A DNA stretch of 64,000 nucleotides from positions 79,052,001-79,116,000 of the forward strand of contig NC_086097.1 in the NCBI RefSeq assembly GCF_963921235.1, read 5' to 3'. The translations under genes were made by a program, and so were the position numbers. Positions 1 through 13,114 of the stretch are shown in pieces. Source of the DNA: Mobula hypostoma (Eukaryota). The stretch's first letter is position 1; each line of letters starts with the position of its first letter. The notes below the pieces were generated by a model. The model worked only from the letters and a program-made list of their open reading frames with translations, was not told the origin of the DNA and made no database searches.

Positions 1-1262
1 CTAAGTAACAAACATGATAGATAAAGGGGAGTCAGTGGATGGCGCTTACTTGTATTTTCAGAGGTCTTTTGACACGAGGCTGCTAAACAAAATATAAGCT
101 GGTAGTATTACAGAAAAGATACTGGCATGGGGGTGTGTCCTGACGAAGGGTTCCGGCCCAAAACGTCGACCGATCTTTTCCACGGATGCTGCCCGACCTG
201 CTGAGTTCCTCCAGCGTGTTGTGAGTGATATTAGACTGGCCAACTGGCAAAAGGCAAATAGTAGGACTAAAGGGGATCCTTCTGGTTGGCTGCCGGTGAC
301 TAAGGGAGTTCCGCAGCAGTCTGTATTGGGACCACTCCTTTTCATGTTACATGCAATGATCCGGATGATGGAACTGATGGGCTTTGTGGCCAAGTTTTCA
401 GGTACACAGCTACATACAAATATCGATGGAGGGCAGGCAGTGCTGAGAGTGCAGGGGAGCCTACTTGGAGATTGAGAGAATGAGCAATGAAATGGCAGAT
501 GGAATACAGCACAGGGAAGCATACGGTCATGCACATTGGTAGAAGAAATAAGGGTGTATATTTCAAAACAGGGAGCAAACTCAGAAATCAGAGACGCAAC
601 GGGACTTGGATGTCCTAGTAGGGATTCCCGAAAAGTGAGGTTGCAGGTTGATTCAGTGGTAAGGAAGACAAATGCAATGAGAGCATTCATTTCAAGAGGA
701 CTAGAATACACAGCAAAAATGTGATGCTGAAGCTTTAAAAAATGTTGGTCAGATGTTGATGACCAGCCCAAATGGTGTCAGAGGGTCCAGAGGAGGACTA
801 TGAGAATCAACCCAGAGATGAAAGGGTTAACATACAAGGTGCATTTGATGCCTTTGGGCCTGTACTCACTGGAGTTTGGAAGAAAGAGGGGGGGATCTCA
901 TTGAGACCTATTGAATGTTGAAAAGCTGAGATTACAGTGGAAGTGGAGAGGATGTTTCCAGCAATTGGCAGAGTCTAGGACCAGATGGCACAGCTTTAAA
1001 ATAAAAAGGTGCCGCTTTAGAATAGAGATAAAGCCAGATTTATTTAGCCAGAGCGGTGAATTTGTGGAATTTATTGCCAGACATTTATGGAGGATAATTT
1101 TTATATTCATAAATTTATAATTTAAAGCAGAGGTTGAAAGATTTTTGATTAGTAAGGATGTCAAAGGTTAGATGGAAAAGGCAGAACAATGGGGTTGAGG
1201 GAATAATAAATCAGACATGATCGAATGGCAGAGCACACTCAATGAGCCAAATAGCCCAATTC
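1..1262 (+). mobile_element. Degenerate CR1 LINE 3' fragment with a Penelope-like insert at about 139-225
   Basis: [14 protein letters not shown] motif remnants and a CR1-type 3' UTR. Confidence 0.8.
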
Positions 1263-1279
1263 GCTTCCACCTTATGGTC

Positions 1280-2040
1280 TGTCCTAAGCCCATCATAATT
1301 TTATAAATCTCTGAAAGGTCCTTCTTCATACTCATTTGTCTATCTAAACGCCTCTTAAACTCCAACAAACGGCCTGATTCCAGTACTACCCCTAGTAATC
1401 CATTCCAGGTGGCTAACACTCTGCACAAAACCTTCAGCCCTGCAATCCCTCTCATCTTAAAGTATGTCATCTGCTGTTTGATATTTTTACCCTGGGGAAC
1501 AGATTCTGACTCTCAATGCCTCTCAATTTTAAAAACCTCTTATCAGGTCTCCCCTCAGCCTCCAATGCTCTATGGAAAACAGCCCAAGTTTGTCCAACTT
1601 ATCCTTGTATCTCATACCCTCTAATCCAGGTAGTATCCTGATGTACAACTTCTGCACCTTTTCCACAATCTCCTCATCCTTCCAGTGATGGGGTAATCAG
1701 AACTGCATACAATACTCCATGTAGTTTGACTGAGGCTTTATACAGCTGCAGCATGACTTCCTTACTCTGATACTCAACATCCCTACCAATGAAAGCAAGC
1801 ATTCCATATGCCTTCTTCACCACCTTACCCACTTGTGTAACCATTTGCAGTGAACCGTGGACCTGGACCCCAAGATCCCTCAGTACCACAATGCTATTAA
1901 GGGGTCTACTATTAAATGTATACTTTCTCCTTTCACTTGACCTCCCAAAAGTGCAAAACTCAGACTTTCCCGGATTAAACCTCACCTGCCCCTTTTCTGG
2001 CTATATCTGTAAATGATCAATATCCTGCTGCAGTCTTTGA
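1280..2040 (-). mobile_element. CR1 LINE 3' fragments
   Basis: ORFs 1674..1985 (RDLGVQVH…KKAYGMLAFI) and 1168..1470. Confidence 0.8.
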
Positions 2041-2355
2041 TAAGCTTTTCAGTATTTTCTGTTTTATTACAGAATTCCAGCATCTACAAGGCTTTGTCTT
2101 TTGAACTTTGTGACGTTCACAAATTTCAATGCAACTTCTAGGGGTATGGTTTTGTTATAAAAGCCTGACAGGGAACTATGGAGCCTTGAATCACGATGTA
2201 GGATTCACTGTGTTGAATTGTGCATGTGCATATTTCAAATATCAGAGTTAAATTTACTCAACAATGAAAGTGAATATTGTTAGTCTCACCACTATCTCAA
2301 GGTAAAAATCCGATCAATATCTTTAAATTAGCAAAAGAAATGCTGTTTTTCTTAC

Positions 2356-2448
2356 CCATCCTGTTCCTTTGAGCTTTGCTTCGCCTTTTCATTGTAGAAT
2401 GCTTTGACATAGATGGATGTTTTCTCGTGAAGGACAGCAAGTCTCCTT
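2356..2448 (-). CDS. ZFYVE26: ZFYVE26 coding exon (93 nt); gene continues beyond the left edge
   Basis: cttttatag/…/GTAAGA; encodes basic GDLLSFTRKHPSMSKHSTMKRRSKAQRNRM; phase 1 to 1. Confidence 0.85.
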
Positions 2449-3309
2449 CTATAAAAGAAAAAGAACTATTACCATTTGATCCAAATTACATGCAGCAAGC
2501 AGCAAAACTCATATTTCTACACTGATTTTTAACAGCATAAGCCATCTTGAGAGTATCTAGTCCCCAGAAACAAATTTAAACCTTTAAGCAATAAGAATAT
2601 AATAAAAATAACAGACTGCATTCTATCAAAGCAGTAGATTTTTTCCCCCTCTTTGAATACAGCAATTTCAGGAAGTGTCACTGCCATTTTAAAGCTATAT
2701 TGAGAAATCACTGGCATAAGAACAAACTCAGAAATGATTCTCAGCTGTCATTTTTTTTTTAAGACCTTGGACACATTTGCTAACTGTTACACTCCAGTGC
2801 TTCTGTGGCTGAAACACAGAATCCAAGATAATAGTTCAGCTGAATAAAGACAAAGTATAAAGCAAAAACTGAGGAAGACAACATGTTAAATACAGTTGAT
2901 AAAACCTCAAACTAAACATACCAAGTACAGAAAAGATTAAAGGACTAAGCAAAAGTATGTGAATAGAATAGCAGATTACTTACATCAACTTAAGTAACAT
3001 CACTGTTGTCAAAGGAAGGATGAGCAAATTAATAAGCAATTTCCTATCTAACAGAGTATTTGGCCCTCATTACAGAGAAATCTGTCAATGTAAGACTAAA
3101 AGGAAGAAGCTAAAAAAATCTACTGAAACAATGTGCAGTGCTCAGAGCAGGAAGGTCACTCACGGTGCGAAACATTTCCTAGTTTAGTGAAGAAAGTTAA
3201 CAAAAGAAATTGAAAAGGTTCCATCCAAAATCTTTCTCAAGTCTTGAGGCTGAAGAATTACAAATTCTGCATCCAAGGTTTGTACCACTGTTCAAAAAGG
3301 GAAGGAATT

Positions 3310-3535
3310 ATTTTACACTCACTCTCACAGTAAGAGCAATTTACAATGGGCAATTAAATGACCAACATTCATGTCTCTGGTGTGTGGGAGAGAACTGAAG
3401 CATCTGAACAAAGACCACAGAGTCACAGGGAAAATGTGCAAACTTTGCACAGAAAGCTGCTGAGGTCAGGGTGGAATCTATTTATCTGCAGCTGTGAGAC
3501 AGCCACTCTAAAAGCCACACCACTATACCACCCCC
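3310..3535 (-). mobile_element. V-SINE (HE1-like) relic
   Basis: V-domain-like tgtgggag…cacagggaaaatgtgcaaact and a tRNA-like head in reverse orientation. Confidence 0.6.
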
Positions 3536-4904
3536 ATGCACAGTAAGTACAATTATGAAGTGCTGCAGGAGCCTTCATTTTGTTAACAAAAGTAAAACAG
3601 ACAAAATGAAGCAATTTGCACTGAAATTATTTTTAAAATACAGGTGAAGTCTTGTCAGAGTATGATATTGCTTCAGGAACTACTCTAAGAAGTCAAGATC
3701 TTTAAGGTAAAGAGACTTTTTGAAAGCCAGTAGGAATAAAAATTAACAGGTTTGTGGAGAGACTGATGCAGCCTGTTACACCACTAAGAGAAAAGAAGAT
3801 TAAGTGATGATCCAATGCCAGTGTTCAAAGTGACGGAGAGGGTTTGAAGAAATAACCTCAAAGAAATAACTTTTAGTGCCATGAAAGAAAATAAGCAGCA
3901 GGCATCGACTGAAAGTAAATCTCAATAATTATCAACTAAAGGTAACACAAAGATAAAAAAATATATATATGCATGGTTGCAGAGAGAAGCAGATTCAATG
4001 ATAACAATCAAAAAACTGATAGAAATATGTTTAAAATGTTATGGGAACAGATCCTCAAGTTGGGCTACTGAGATTGTTTATTCTAACTGATGGCATAAAG
4101 TTATGGAGTGAATGCACTACTATTTTTGCACTGCATTATTTAACAATTCTAAAATTGTCATTATTTATTTTCCTTCAGTTTTGGGACTTCCACTGCTTCT
4201 AACATCTCCTTTTTTAGAAAGCAATCTTCTACTTTTGAAGGTCCAAAACAAATGACCTCTGGGGTGTAGACGTAGTTTGGAGCAGCAATCCATATAACAG
4301 ACTACTGGTCGACACACAAGATTTTTTTTCTGCACAACAACTAGGCCATTTAAATGCATTTAACGACTAAATTTTATACAAAAAAGGTCAGGCATTGAAA
4401 ACATAGCTCAATAATGGTGACGCCAAATTATCATTAAAACCCACGGCCACCAAGCCAGTGTGAGACTCTGGAACCATAATAATGAGACTGAGTCTTATCT
4501 GCTTTCTAAATGTTTTAACAAGTTCAACAAGTTAAAATGGGAAATAAGCAAACATTATTGGTGTATCACATTTGCTGAATAATTTAAAAATTGTCTGCAA
4601 TTAAGTCAATGGGAAAATCATGGCAAATTTATTTTCTCTATTAATGTCTTTGCAATTCAGTGTTTTTGACAAGACTTAATAATGTAATTATCACTGCATA
4701 ATCATACTCAGAAGAGAACAACTCTAAGCCATATACAAGTACAATGAATAACTACAGATCCAACACAGACTTGCAAGTACTATTAATCACATCTTGCCAA
4801 TTCAACTACTTGTTCATTACTTTTATTCTCACTTGTTGCCCAGTCAATTTCCTTAATATTCCACAATGCAAGGGTCCTTCTGTAAAGTCTTCTGAAAAAC
4901 CATA

Positions 4905-6265
4905 ATACACCAGCAGAATCAGGCCACTCAGCCTATTGAGTCTGCTCCACCATCATGGCTGATTTATTATCCCTCTCAACCCCATTCTCCTGGCGTCTAC
5001 CCGTAACTTTGACAGCTTACTAACCAAGAACCTATCAGCTTTAAGTATACCTAATGACTTGGCCTCCACAGCAGCCTGTGGCAGTGAATTCCACAGATTC
5101 ACAACCCTCTGGCCAAGGAAATTCCTCATCTCTGTTCTAAATGGATGCCCATCGCATTCTGAGGCTGTGCTTGCCCTCTGGTCCGAGGCTCCCCAACTAT
5201 TGAAAACAACCTCGATCTAAGCCTTTGAATGCTTAACAGGTTTCAAATATTTGATAGATTCCACCACCCCCATTCTTCTAAACTCCAGCCCAGTGCCATC
5301 AAACCCTCATCTGTTAACCCTTTCATTTCTAAGATAATTCTTGTGAACCTCCTCTGGACTCTCGCCAGCACACCTTTCTTAAATAAGAGGCCCAAAACTG
5401 CTCACAATACTCAAAATGCAGTTTGACCAATGCCTTTTAAACCTCAGCGTTATGCATTTGCAAGCCAATAGATCTTTTAAGAAGATGTACGGTGTGTTGG
5501 CACTCATTGTTCAGCGGACTGTGTACAAGAACTGTGAGGTAATGCTGCAGCTCTAAAAAACCCCGGTCAGACCACACAGAATATTCTGCTCATTTCTAGT
5601 CACCTCATTATAGAAAGGATGTGAAAGCTTCAGAGAGGGTACAAAGGAAATTTACCAAGGTGCTGCCTGGATCAGAGCGCACGCCTTAAGAGAACTGATT
5701 GAGTGAGCTAGGACTTCTCTCTTTGAAGCAAAGGATGATGTGAGGTAACTTAATAGAAATGTGCAACTTGATAAAGGCACAGACTGAGTAGACAGCCAAT
5801 TCTGCCTCCCCCCACCCCCAGAGCAGAAATGACTAATAGGAAGGGGTGTTTATTTTAAGGTGATTGGAGGAAAGTATAAGGGGAATATCAGAGGTATTTT
5901 TAAAATATAAACAGATACTGATGGGTGTTTTGAACATATTGCCAGGGTTAGTGGTAGAGGCAGTTACATTAGGGACATTTAAGGGACTCTTAGATAGGTA
6001 CATGGATGATCAAAAATGGAGGGCTATGTGGGAGGGAAGGGTTGAATTGATCTTAGAACATCTTAGAAGGTCCTCACAACACTGTGGATCAAAGGGCCTC
6101 TACTATGCTGTATGGTTCTATATGTTCAATCTTTAGACACTTAAACAGGTAAAGCTTAGAAGGGTACAGTCCCAATGTGGACAAATGGGACTTGTGTAGA
6201 TTATCAGAAAGAATAGCATGAATGTAAGGAGCTGGAGGGTCAGTTTCTTAGCCATGCAACTCTAT
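4905..6265. mobile_element. Cluster of CR1 3' ends (minus about 4905-5450, plus about 5460-6265)
   Basis: CR1 ORF2 C-terminal remnants (…TFKGLLDRYMD) and ttctat tails. Confidence 0.75.
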
Positions 6266-6523
6266 GCACATCAATGAACATGTTATGAACCAAATGAGAA
6301 TCTTATTTTTAAAAAATTTGGCTCCATTAATGACTACTAATCCAAATATAAAATGAACCCTTTAGGACATAAATCTCAACAAAATCATTGAAACAGTCGT
6401 GATTTTTTAAACAACAACTTAACACGATCTTTTAATAATTAACTTTTGGAAGTCACTTGCCTGGCTCAGACTCTTTCATGTCTTTTTTTTAAAGTGTATA
6501 TTCAATACTTTAAAAAGTCTTAC

Positions 6524-7225
6524 CAGCTGTATTATTGCTCATTACTACTTTGTATCTCCATTGGGCTTCACAGATATACCTAGAAAGTTGTGCTAACCGG
6601 CTTCCAAAGGAATCTGCACCAATTGAACAGTTCAGACACTCCACTAGCTGGACATCCTCTTCAGACACATTGCCAGATGTCCAAGGAACATGGCATTTCA
6701 TTGCCTCCAGGTGACTTTGTATCAACTCGAGAAATATGTTCATTGTCACAGGATTTACCAAGAAGTCATTGCCATGGCTTGCATTCATCATAAAATGGTT
6801 CAAATCTAAATAATCCAGCTCTTTGGTTGTGGAATCGGTTTCTGCAAACTTCTTAATGTCCGTTTTCTTCAAATTGCGCGTGAAATCTTTATGAAGCACT
6901 CCAGAACTCTTCTGAGTGGCATTCTCTTTCAAATCGGTATTTGAATGTTCACAATGTGAGACATTATAATCCATAGACTCCACAGTGGATTCCAAGTGCC
7001 CCACAGTACGAACAAATCCCTTTGGTGCTTGTAGTTGCTCTGTGTCTCCTTCTTCCTCAAGGCAAAACTGACCTTCTGGTCCTGCTTTATCCCCATTCAG
7101 GTCATTATAGGACAAGAACAATAAAGAGAAGATATTTTCCAACACCTCCAACCGGAAGGGAGCAGGAATCACATGCAGAAACTCCTGACATCTGGATAAA
7201 TACAACTTGAAAACTGCAGAACCAT
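6524..7225 (-). CDS. ZFYVE26: ZFYVE26 coding exon (702 nt)
   Basis: aaacag/…/GTAAGA; contains ORF 6510..7205 (LYLSRCQEFLHVIP…LENIFSLLF…YICEAQWRYKVVMSN); phase 1 to 1. Confidence 0.93.
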
Positions 7226-8325
7226 CTGTTTGAGCAAATAAATACTGTGTTATTTCTGAAAACTAAAGTGCTTCAAGTTGCTACTAAAGTGTTTACAACA
7301 TTTAACCATGCAGATTTAATTTACATTTAATTTCTGTCTGATAGGTCACTCGGCAACACCTTCTGCACAACTCAAGTTACATGGATTAAGGCAACACTCA
7401 GATCTATTATTTGATTTCTACTGATCATAGCCTGGGTCACAGCACAGGTGGCTCGTTGGCTTCAGTACTTCCATTTGCAGTGGTGACAAGGACAAGGGAG
7501 AGAGCAGGGTAAATATAAATCAAACTACCATAAGAGGTCAGTGGGTCAGGCAGCATCTGCTGAAACAGAGGGACAGTCAATGTTTTACGGCAAGACCCTG
7601 CATGATGAGTCCTGGGGGCAGGGACTCAACCCAAAATACTGACTGCCCCTCTCCCTCACAGATGCTATTTAACCTGAGTTCCTCCACCAGTTTGGTTTTT
7701 GATCATAATTCCAGCATCTGCAGTCTCCTGTGTCTTTCAATAAAAACCAGGCTGAGGTTTCCAGTGACCACAAGATCAAGGCCCTCCCAAGAGTGGTCCC
7801 CTAGCTACCAATGACGATGAGCAAGACTCCACTCCAAAATCAATAACTTAAGACACCTTAGCAAATGAAGAACAGAAAAGAAAAGTGAACATTTCCATTG
7901 ATTGAAAAGCTTTTAATCTGAAAATGGGATTGGAACATTCAATAAAAAACTGCACTCCAAAAAATTAACTAAGACTTAATATTACATAATATCGTTGCAT
8001 TTATGACTTTAAACTGAATTACATTATCGAAACAATATACATTGGATAACAATCTGATAAAAGTGCAAATTATGCCAACTCATTTAAGGGTGAACATGCT
8101 GGCAGACCATGTGTGCCAATGTATATTCATATTGTCACTCAAAATGATGAGAACCCACAGCACCAACTGCTCATTTAATGGAGATAATGTGCAAAACAGA
8201 AACTACCTGAAATTTTAAAATGGATTGTTTAAAGATACTTCTGAAATTGTATGAACTTCCAAACTAGAAAGGAAAAGCAGAATATGACTAATTGCCTCTT
8301 GACCTACCAATTGCTTCATTTTTAC

Positions 8326-8517
8326 CTTGACTGCATGCTTGGTCATTTTCTACTGCAATGTCTTTGACAGCTAGATCCAATGCTGAGTACGGACAGTCTT
8401 TACACGAAGATAGCTGGTGTGCATTTATGCAGAGCGCATATATGGCATATTTAACAGCACACAATGTTTGATACAAAGTCACATTTCGCCTTTGCATCAG
8501 GCTCAGACATCTTGAAC
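8326..8517 (-). CDS. ZFYVE26: ZFYVE26 coding exon (192 nt)
   Basis: cattag/…/GTAAAA; encodes NVTLYQTLCAVKYAIYALCINAHQLSSCKDC; phase 1 to 1. Acceptor position is slightly less certain. Confidence 0.9.
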
Positions 8518-9369
8518 CTAATGTGTATCAAAAGGAGATAAGTAAAGCAGAGGAAACAGCAACACATTGCAAACCAATTTAAAATTTTCATTATATGAAT
8601 GAACTTATGTACTCACAATCATCTAGCCCTTCAGCTAGAAAAATATATCGTTTGTTTTAAAAGGTATAGGCTCCCGCGACCAAGAAACAAATGTTTTTCT
8701 GTGTTGCTTTACATTATAATTCAGGCTATTTAGATCAATACTTATCGTTGGTGCTAAAGAATTCATAGGTGGATGAAACCTTGCATCCCTAAATACTATC
8801 ATCCTCCTGGCTTTGAAATTTACTACACGGGGAAGACTGCTCCTCACTCGTGCACATCTTCTAATGACTAAGGCTGAGCAGATTTCCCATTCCCTAACTT
8901 CACTCCTAATCAAATCAAAATACATAAAGCTCAGGATGAACAATCAAAAACATCAGGTTAAAAAAGATAAAGCACAAAATGTTTAAGCAATTCATGCAAA
9001 CAAGATTGCAACTTGCAAACTGCCTTCTGAAATCTTTCCCACTTCAGATTTCTCAAGACAACAGTTACAAATGCTAGAAGTGGGAAATTTTTTAAAAAAT
9101 TTAAAAATGACAGGGGGCCAATATTTTGGGTCTACAAGTTTTCATCAGAATAGTGAACATGGATACAGATGCACAGATTGTAAGGAGTAAGAGAAAGAAG
9201 GGGGGAGGGTATGTCTAGGATAGGCTGAAAGGCAGGGCACATTATGTAATCAAGTTGTGATAGCTAATACAACAACAAAAATAGAAAAGGTTTTAAGATA
9301 GATGATGCCCTGAAATTCCCAACTTTTTGTCTGTTCTTACTTCTGATTTCCTGAACTGACTGGTATTAA

Positions 9370-9915
9370 GGTGCTAGCAACCTGCCTTTGCCCCTCCTCC
9401 TATCAGTAGAAATGGTTCTGCCGGGCTTAGTAGCTGAACTACATGTGAAGGCCAGGAGCTGGACTTGGTTGTCAGAGACTACCTGAGGTGCACGTCATTG
9501 GAAACATTTAATGGGTAGCTGGGAGCTTATCCCCATTACCAACTGGGCTATAACAACCTTAAATGGGGCTCCTCAGCCACGGTTGGCAGCTCACCTAGAA
9601 GGAAAACTCTGAAGTTAAACCTCCACTGCCCTGAGGCTATACCCACTCATGGGGAAGTCTTCGGGAGTAAATCCCAAGAGAAAATTCCAGAGCTAGAGTC
9701 CTAAGGCAGTCCTATGTTGAGTTCAACACTGACTGACAACTCCTGGTTTCAAATTGTATCAGTCTCTACCGTCCTTTTGGGTTTATCAGATTCAGAGAGG
9801 GGGGAAGCTTGCTACATGGACAACAGCTTACTCTACGTAATGTACTACTCTGGCTTGCATATCCAGACAGCTAGGATGCAACATCGATGGTCGACCCTGA
9901 CCAACAGAGGCGTCA
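9370..9915. mobile_element. Interspersed repeat resembling an RTE-clade 5' region
   Basis: gaaaactctga…aaacctcc.ctgcc.tg.ggctatacc…ggagtaaa.ccc…agctagagtcctaaggcagtcc resembles RTE/Expander 5' sequence from memory; not searched. Confidence 0.4.
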
Positions 9916-10013
9916 AAATTTCTAACTTCACATTTGAATTCAATGAGGTTAATGTTAGAGAAATGCCTTCTGACAATTCAAAATAACCAACTGAAACTAA
10001 TAATTTACATTAC

Positions 10014-10165
10014 CCTTGTCATTAGCAGACTGCTTCTGGAGTAAATCAATGACTTCTTCTGCTTTCTGCGCAGGTAGGTTTGTAAAATGATGAAGACTAT
10101 ACAAAGCAGAATGGCAATCCAAACTGTACAAGTGCTGAATAAAGTTCTTCTCAGGAATGTTATTT
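10014..10165 (-). CDS. ZFYVE26: ZFYVE26 coding exon (152 nt)
   Basis: ttcttag/…/GTAATG; encodes NNIPEKNFIQHLYSLDCHSALYSLHHFTNLPAQKAEEVIDLLQK; phase 2 to 1. Confidence 0.93.
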
Positions 10166-10647
10166 CTAAGAAATTCATTTAAAAAAAAGAAAAGGAGCAC
10201 AAATCAAAATACATTTTTGTTAATTATCAAGCAAAACAATCAGTTCAATTGGCCCTATAAATTTGAGTGTTCAATTTATTGATTGCCTTGGTCAAAAAGG
10301 ACAGTAGAGAAAAAAAAGACACCCTCCCCCAAACAAAAACCTTTTTAACTCTTGCTGGGGGTTGGAGTATTTCTCATGGATCTACAAAAATATCTTGCTG
10401 GCATGTATTCTTATTGGCTGCATTTTCCACAAGAGGCTAATTAGACTCTTTATTGATCTGCTATACCTGAATTCAGTTCCCCATATTCATGTAAACCAAC
10501 ATAGCTATGTTGGTTGACCTGAAAGATTTATCTGCCAATAATTAATAGATTTAAATTTTTATCAAGGTGAAAAGAATTGCTTCAAATAATGTAAAGCAGG
10601 ACAAGAGTGATATGATGATGGGGAAATAATTAAACTGAAGTCTTTAC

Positions 10648-10736
10648 CTGTTTTGTTTCAAACACCACTCAAGTACCTCAATATGAGAAGAGAGTCCAGT
10701 ACAAAAGTTGTACAGTACAGCATCACAACATAAATC
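10648..10736 (-). CDS. ZFYVE26: ZFYVE26 coding exon (89 nt)
   Basis: ctctttcag/…/GTAAAG; encodes DLCCDAVLYNFCTGLSSHIEVLEWCLKQN; phase 0 to 2. Confidence 0.93.
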
Positions 10737-10919
10737 CTGAAAGAGAAAACATCAATTTGTATATGAGGAGCAGGAACAATATTATTTATTTACAAACCTG
10801 CACCACAGTACCTCTTGAAATAGGAATGAAAATGGTTTCTAATTTGCAACACCAAGATAAAGAACATGAACAAACTTAAGTAGACCTAGAATGAATTTTA
10901 AAAATTACAAAGAAGGCTG

Positions 10920-11220
10920 CACTAAAATTCTGCACACAAAACAGTAATGGGGCTAAATAAGACATAGGAATTTTGATGATATTGGCCATCATACTATGAG
11001 CACCCCTTACTCCTCAAAAAAGTTCTACTGTTTCCTTTGTGTCCAATTCAAAGTCAAATTCAAAAACAAGGCCTCAGTTCCACACGTCAGGGAAAAGACA
11101 GAATTTCAGAGAATAGATCCTTCTGTAAAATGTCAGCCTGGATCCATAGTCAAGTTTTTGGAGTGGGATTTGAGCTCAAGACCATGTGACTCAGATGGAA
11201 AAAAGCTGCTGAGCCACTTA
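10920..11220 (-). mobile_element. Ancient Deu-domain SINE relic (SacSINE1/AmnSINE-like)
   Basis: Degenerate match to the reverse Deu core and tRNA head (tgtcagcctggat…ggagtgggatttgagc…tgactcaga…ctgagccac). Confidence 0.55.
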
Positions 11221-11284
11221 TCTCCTCCAAACATGCCTCAGACCAGTTTTAAATCCAATCACTGTTGACCAGCACAGCCAGTTA

Positions 11285-12111
11285 GTGCCAGAGGGGCAGA
11301 GCACGTCATGATGGCACTAAATGGCCACTCCTTTGCTTGCATCTTCGGAAAACAGCTCTAATTCTATCTTTGATATCTCTTTTTCTCCTTTTCAAGGTTC
11401 TTTTGAAGACCCCTGACCTGGAGTTACACTCTGACTTCGGTTCTTTGTGGGAATGGGACCCACTCTCCGTGCCTCACGACCAGCCGCTTTTTGATATCCA
11501 AGTACGCATCCTGGAAGACTAGCGCCCCTACAGGGATCTGGATTTTTTTTGGCTCTGGAGACATGCTGATTCTAGGCCGGTGCCCCTGACTGAAGTGTCG
11601 CGAGAGTACATGGAACATCAGGAGCAGCAGGCTAGCTGTCGGGAGTTGTGTCTCCGAAGAGCTGTGCTTTTCTGGGACTGACTCCCCGACTTTTAACATT
11701 GTAAATCAGCGAGTTGTTTGTTATGTCTCCACTCTCGCTATGAAATGGGACACCTCTTTTTCCCTTATGAGGGAGAGAGAGAGAGAGAGAGAGCCCGTAG
11801 AATGTCGAATTACCAGGTAAACGGGTAGTCTTTGGTCTGTGTCTTTACTGATGCTTGCTGCACGCTTGAGTGCTTGGTGGCGGGGGAGGGGGGGCGCTGA
11901 TGCTTTTTTGCTGGTGGGGAGGGGTCGTTGCCTTGCTGTTGCTTGTGCGTGGGAGGGGGAGCTGGGGGGGTGCTTTGGGATTCAAATGTTTAACTGTCAT
12001 TCATTCTTTGGGGCATTCCTCTGTTTTTGTGGATGTTTGTGAGGAAAAAGAATTTCAGGATGTACATTGTATACATTTCTCTGACATTAAATGTGCCTAT
12101 TGAAACCTATT
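11285..12111 (+). mobile_element. About 820-bp non-coding retroposon with a LINE-like 3' tail
   Basis: CpG-rich body, internal (GA)n at 11772-11793, tail gaatttcaggatgtacattgtatac…attaaa resembling the Rex1/L2 tail at 37870-37940, terminal cctatt repeat. Confidence 0.55.
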
Positions 12112-12329
12112 AATCACCATGAAGTTACTTAAATATTGACCGAAACTGAGCATGGACAGACTATAAATAAAGAAATTTATTGTAGAGATGTATTAAGGAG
12201 GCGCTTTGGGAGAACAACTATGGAAAAGCGATATCAGGAATCAAGTCAGGAAAAGATCATAACGTTCCTGAGCCTGCTCTGATTTTCAATAAGACCCTAT
12301 CTGCTCTGATCATGGCCTCAATTCCTCTT

Positions 12330-13110
12330 CAAATGGACCCATTTCAAAAGGAGTAACTTCAGTGTCAATGTATACAAACCTGTGAAGATGGCAGAGCATA
12401 CTGAAAAAGCAATTTGATTTCTTAAGTTTCTAAAGCAAGGCGCAAAATATAAAAATATACTGGAACATTTTAATCAATGGTTAGGTGTGGTAATAATCTG
12501 AGCACTCATTTCAGAAAAGACAAGAACAGAGGAAAGGGTACAGATATATTTACCTGGATGTTATCAGCATTTGAGGGATTTTGAAGAGCATTTGGACCCC
12601 TTATCTAAGGACGGATGTGCTGGCACTGAACAATGTCCAGAGGTGGTTTACAAGAATTCTGAGAATGGAAGAGTTAACACATGTAGAGCATTTGATCACT
12701 CTGGACCTGTACTCACTGGAGTTTAGAAGAATGAAGGGAGGGAGGATCTCATTGAAACCTATCAAATAATGAAAGGCCTAGTTAGAGTGGACATGAAGAG
12801 AATGTTTTCTATAGTGGGGGAGTCTAGGGCCAGATGGCACAAGCTCAGAATAGAAGAATGCCCTTTTAGAACTTACATGTGTTGAAATTTTAGCCAGAGG
12901 GTATTGAATCTGTGTCATTCTTTGCCAAGGACAGATGTGGAGGTCAAGTCATTAGGTATATTTAATAGGTTCCTGATTAGTAAGGGCATCAAAGGTTATG
13001 GGGAGAAGGCAGGAGAATGAGGTTGAGAGGATAATAAACCAGCCATGATGGAATAACGGTGCAGGCTCAATGGGCTGAATTATCTAATTCTGCTCCTCTG
13101 TCTTATGGCC
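12330..13110 (+). mobile_element. CR1 LINE 3' fragments
   Basis: ORF 12581..12769 (WTPYLR…LYSLEFRRM) and CR1 3' UTR. Confidence 0.75.
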
Positions 13111-13114
13111 TCAC

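Noticed and set aside
58..771. 237-aa minus-strand ORF
   Set aside because: Antisense read-through of CR1 and Penelope fragments.
4165..4359. Minus-strand ORF as an extra ZFYVE26 exon
   Set aside because: No recognisable similarity; the exons at 6524-7225 and 2356-2448 join in phase without it.
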